20,285 nt of DNA from Thermoprotei archaeon (GTDB taxonomy: Archaea; Thermoproteota; Thermoprotei; Thermoproteales; B15-G16), in the NCBI GenBank assembly GCA_003649205.1, contig QMRC01000018.1, forward strand, positions 1 to 20,285, read 5' to 3'. Below are positions 17,333 to 20,285 of this stretch, in pieces; positions within the stretch are counted from its first letter, which is position 1; the number at the start of each line of letters is the position of its first letter. A program made the position numbers and the translations under genes. The notes under the pieces were generated by a model. It searched no databases and was not told where the DNA came from. It saw nothing but the letters and a program-made list of their open reading frames with translations.

Positions 17333-18844
17333 TTAGAGTATCCCCAGTAAGCTAACTGCTCTCCTCCACTTAGCAATAGTCTCACAGAGCTCCCTAACCA
17401 TCGTAGACACCCTCTCAACATCACCACCAGGATCAACACGAGCAATAACACAGCACTCAGGAGATAGACAAACACAGTAGTACGACCCATCAACATACTC
17501 AATAGAGAAGCTCAAACCCCTCGCAGTAACCTCACGAACAACCTTCTCACAGACCCTGTAGTCAACATCACCAAACACATCCCTAGTACCACCGTACTCA
17601 ATCACTAGACCCCTAACGTACTTAAGCACAGAATTCACCAACTCACTAATAGCTGGTACCTGAGGAACTTCAGAACCCCTAACCTCCCTCTTCTCCTCAA
17701 CCTCACTAACCTTCTCCTCAACAGCTACAGGAGCCCCCTCAGTAAACTTAGGTAGAACCTCCTCAAGCTTAGGTACAGGAGCAACCTCCTCAACCTCAGC
17801 CTTAGCCTCAGGCTTCACCTCAACCCTGACCTCCGACTTAACCTCAACAACACCCTCCCTCCTCCTAGCACCCTTCTCCTCTAGAAGAGACTCAATGAAG
17901 AGAGTAAACTTCTCACCAATCTCACCAATCCTCAAAAAGTCAATAGCGTAGAGATTCTGAGTAGCACTAGTATCCAGAGCACGACCAATACTCGGGTGAA
18001 TAAGTATGAAGGCATCACCCCTAACATCGAGTGACTTACCGAAGAGAGAAGACAGCGCAGTACTAGCCGCATCAGCACTAGGGCAGATATCTACGTACAG
18101 CCTCAGCTCACGATCATCAAACCTACCAACAGCAACAACATCGAACACATGCTCAACACCAGAAGCACCCTGAATCCTACCCTGAACCTGAGTAGAGAAA
18201 CCATACCTAGACAAGACATCAGTCACTACCTTAACTATGAGCACCTTAATGACATCACTAACAACATCACGACGAATCCTATACGTGTAGAGAGGCTCAA
18301 GAACAGCCTCAAACTTAGAAAACTCACGACCACAAGAGAGACAACGATGCTTAACCTCAGGAGACTCAAACCTAGCACCACAGCGATCACAGGAAAAACA
18401 CGAACCAAAAACCTTAAGCTCCTCAGCAGGAACCTCCCTACCACAACCAGGACAGAAGAACCTACCACCCCTCACAAAGTTCTTAGAAGTATCAATGTAA
18501 CCACAGACAGTATGAATCAAGAGCTGAACAGAAGAAACACTCAAACTACCACACCTAGGACACACATAGAAAGTAGCTAGAGAACAAGAACCACACCCAG
18601 GACAAGTAACCACAGAACCATGCTCAACACGCTCAAAAACACCCAACTCAACAAGCCTCTCAAGAAGATCAGAAACCTCACCCCTACGAACATACTGATC
18701 ACCAACAACAAAGCAAACACCCTCACCAGTAAGAGATGAAGAAACCTCAAAAGAACCAGAATCAAGCATAGTCACTAACAGATTAAACGCCCTATCCTCC
18801 CTCTCAATGAATTCACTTAGAGAAATCATAGAGGAACCATCCAT
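17333..18844 (-). CDS. Multidomain protein: TackOD1-like multi-Zn-ribbon domain, degenerate restriction-endonuclease fold, E/V/K linker, C-terminal alpha/beta domain
   Basis: Six C/HxxC pairs after a wHTH-like segment (LLERLVELGVFER) ending in YTYRI; then GRIQGASGVEHVFDVVA; then a low-complexity linker. Start probably ATG 18844 (TATA-like CTTAAAAA at about 18896-18903). Confidence 0.75.
   Translation of the reverse strand: MDGSSMISLSEFIEREDRAFNLLVTMLDSGSFEVSSSLTGEGVCFVVGDQYVRRGEVSDLLERLVELGVFERVEHGSVVTCPGCGSCSLATFYVCPRCGSLSVSSVQLLIHTVCGYIDTSKNFVRGGRFFCPGCGREVPAEELKVFGSCFSCDRCGARFESPEVKHRCLSCGREFSKFEAVLEPLYTYRIRRDVVSDVIKVLIVKVVTDVLSRYGFSTQVQGRIQGASGVEHVFDVVAVGRFDDRELRLYVDICPSADAASTALSSLFGKSLDVRGDAFILIHPSIGRALDTSATQNLYAIDFLRIGEIGEKFTLFIESLLEEKGARRREGVVEVKSEVRVEVKPEAKAEVEEVAPVPKLEEVLPKFTEGAPVAVEEKVSEVEEKREVRGSEVPQVPAISELVNSVLKYVRGLVIEYGGTRDVFGDVDYRVCEKVVREVTARGLSFSIEYVDGSYYCVCLSPECCVIARVDPGGDVERVSTMVRELCETIAKWRRAVSLLGIL
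17651..17881 (-). repeat. Low-complexity E/V/K/P linker-coding region
   Basis: Encodes VEVKSEVRVEVKPEAKAEVEEVAPVPKLEEV...; recurrent cctcaac/cctcag units on the + strand. Confidence 0.6.
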
Positions 18845-18955
18845 TAAACATATCGCCCCAGAGTAAAAAGAAAATTTAGCGATCACCGAAAACTATTTTT
18901 AAGCACATCAAATACCTTGAAAAACTCCCCTGTTCCCTTGCTGTGATTGTTGCCG

Positions 18956-19453
18956 CTATGCCTGTTGTTGTGGAACTGTGTAGCTAAATGAGTACAGTGC
19001 TTCAACACCTTTTGCTGTAACAACCTTAACGTATATCGTGTACGTCGTACCAGACTCTAGAGAAATATTTGTAACAGTACCGACCACTCCACCTACCGTA
19101 TTTGGATTAATAGATGTCTGTGATTGATCTTGGATTTGAGCCTTCGTATAGCCATTAGTTAAGGAACCTTCTGGTCCTACAATATCGATATACATAGCAT
19201 CAATAGTAACAGTTTCTTCACCAACATTCCTGACATAAGCAGTTACTGTTAGTTCCTTAGTGTTGCTATCGTATGATGCTGTTGCTGCTTCTATCTTTAT
19301 TTCTTCCTTAAGTTCTGTTGGTGTTTCTGATGGTGTTGTTGCTCCTATGAATCCTGTTACCCATAGGTACACTAGTACTGATGCGATGACGGCGATTGTC
19401 ACTAGGAGTAGGACAGCAACAACGGGCTCTATACCCTTCTTCCTAAATCCCAT
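18956..19453 (-). CDS. Archaeal type IV pilin, probable major pilin
   Basis: MGFRKKG|IEPVVAVLLLVTIAVIASVLVYLWVTGF; YVRNVG, IDAMYI and VKVVTAKG motifs; AGGTGA RBS, own TATA box, and a T-run after the stop. Confidence 0.93.
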   Translation of the reverse strand: MGFRKKGIEPVVAVLLLVTIAVIASVLVYLWVTGFIGATTPSETPTELKEEIKIEAATASYDSNTKELTVTAYVRNVGEETVTIDAMYIDIVGPEGSLTNGYTKAQIQDQSQTSINPNTVGGVVGTVTNISLESGTTYTIYVKVVTAKGVEALYSFSYTVPQQQA

Positions 19454-19488
19454 TTACTTCACCTGCCAGTACCTGTACCTCTAGTGCA

Positions 19489-19497
19489 CTTATATAC
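19489..19497 (-). promoter_or_regulatory. TATA box of the pilin gene
   Basis: Minus strand reads TAAA GTATATAAG about 36-44 nt upstream of the ATG, with a purine-rich BRE-like stretch in front. Confidence 0.6.
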
Positions 19498-19945
19498 TTT
19501 ACTGCAATTACGCACAAAACCTACCTACCTAACGTAAACACGAATTGTACCTACGTACATATTTCACGTACGGGAAGACACTACCCACACTTCACCACTT
19601 TGATCAACTTCTCAAGAATTTCTTCTCAATGCACTAAACATCTCAACCACATTTTCCCAATAAACCAACTCTACCTCTCAAATTGTTGAACTCTCTTTAG
19701 CGCTCTCCGAAATTTAGTGACATTTCTTCAACTCATAATCTCTAGTTCTCTTCTCCTTCACCTTGAGCACACTATAGAGCTTAGGATGATCTGATGATGT
19801 TCTTGTACCTAGTTCTGGACTATTAGGGTCGTGTACTCACGTTACTCTCAGTGGGTTGAGTTTCTGTTCTAGTCTCCTTCACTAACGTACTGTTTTTATA
19901 AGCTACCTTAGGTAGTTACTTAGTGAAGTTGCTACGTCTTTCGAG

Positions 19946-20285
19946 TTGAGGGATGAGTTTCTTAGGTTGCTTAGGGAGGATGTTGAATTTAGGTATGCTG
20001 TACTTGGTCTACTGGGGATAGAGGAAGTTCTGAAGAGTATTAGCAAGAATACTGAGGCTATTAAGGATTTACAGCAACAAGTAAGAGATCTGCAGCATGC
20101 TGAGGAGGTGTTTAGGGAGGGTATGAGGGGTGTTGTTGAGAGGATTCTTGGTGTTGCTAGGGTTGAGAGGTGGTGTTATGTTGATGAGGAGGGTTTTGTC
20201 TATGGTTATCCTGTTGTTATCGATGTTGATTTAGTTGTTAAGGATGGTGAGCATATACTGATTGAGGTTAAGTCTAGTGTTGATC
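19946..20285 (+). CDS. COG5493/DUF3782-type coiled-coil PD-(D/E)xK nuclease-fold protein, 5' part (runs off window; possibly a pseudogene)
   Basis: Not in the ORF track. Translation: LRDEFLRLLREDVEFRYAVLGLLGIEEV...AEEVFREGMRGVVERILG...DEEGFVYGYPVVIDVDLVVKDGEHILIEVKSSV, with a D...ExK motif. TTTATAAG TATA at about 19895-19902. Confidence 0.82.
   Translation, partial: MRDEFLRLLREDVEFRYAVLGLLGIEEVLKSISKNTEAIKDLQQQVRDLQHAEEVFREGMRGVVERILGVARVERWCYVDEEGFVYGYPVVIDVDLVVKDGEHILIEVKSSVD

Noticed and set aside
17651-17881. Repetitive cctcaac-rich tract as CRISPR array or DGR repeat
   Set aside because: No constant repeat-spacer period; explained by the in-frame E/V/K linker.
17882-18260. Active restriction endonuclease or defence system
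   Set aside because: The catalytic Lys of (D/E)xK is apparently absent, and no methyltransferase or other defence gene is adjacent.
18149-18765. Alternative ORFs 18149-18580 (+), 18235-18468 (-) and 18577-18765 (-)
   Set aside because: Shadows of the Zn-ribbon gene; their low-complexity T/N/L or V/L content is produced by the strong strand skew.
13356-19453. Archaellum interpretation of the locus
   Set aside because: The filament genes are short pilins without archaellin N-terminal motifs, there are no FlaH/FlaF/FlaG-like genes, and the platform is two ~300-aa TadC proteins rather than one long FlaJ.
19785-19860. Possible fourth C/D sRNA (ATGATCTGATGATG)
   Set aside because: No correctly spaced D'/C'/D boxes downstream.
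1-20285. tRNA, rRNA, transposase, integrase or CRISPR array
   Set aside because: No cloverleaf, GC-rich structural RNA, recombinase motif or regular repeat array was seen by eye.

Overview
Archaeal chromosome segment, most consistent with a Thermoproteota (crenarchaeal/TACK) hyperthermophile, judged from TATA promoters, GGTG/GAGG ribosome-binding sites, class III signal peptides and C/D sRNAs. The left half is mostly housekeeping: trxB 5' end, thioredoxin, a V4R-like protein, a DtxR-family regulator with a Zn/Mn-type ABC transporter and a palindromic operator, Nudix, JAMM and MBL-fold hydrolases, three coupled membrane-protein genes, ppa, a flavodoxin-like gene and rnhB. Three unannotated C/D-box guide sRNAs lie in its intergenic gaps. 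The right half (about 10.3-19.5 kb) is a type IV pilus locus: three pilin-like genes, an assembly ATPase, two TadC/GspF platform genes, a large membrane-anchored surface protein coupled to an unannotated 49-aa ORF, and an unusual multidomain protein (TackOD1-like Zn ribbons, degenerate PD-(D/E)xK fold, E/V/K linker, roadblock-like C-terminus), which is the best candidate for a novel pilus regulator. The window ends in the 5' part of a COG5493/DUF3782-type nuclease-fold gene that appears to carry an internal deletion. All family calls come from motif recognition by eye; no searches were run.
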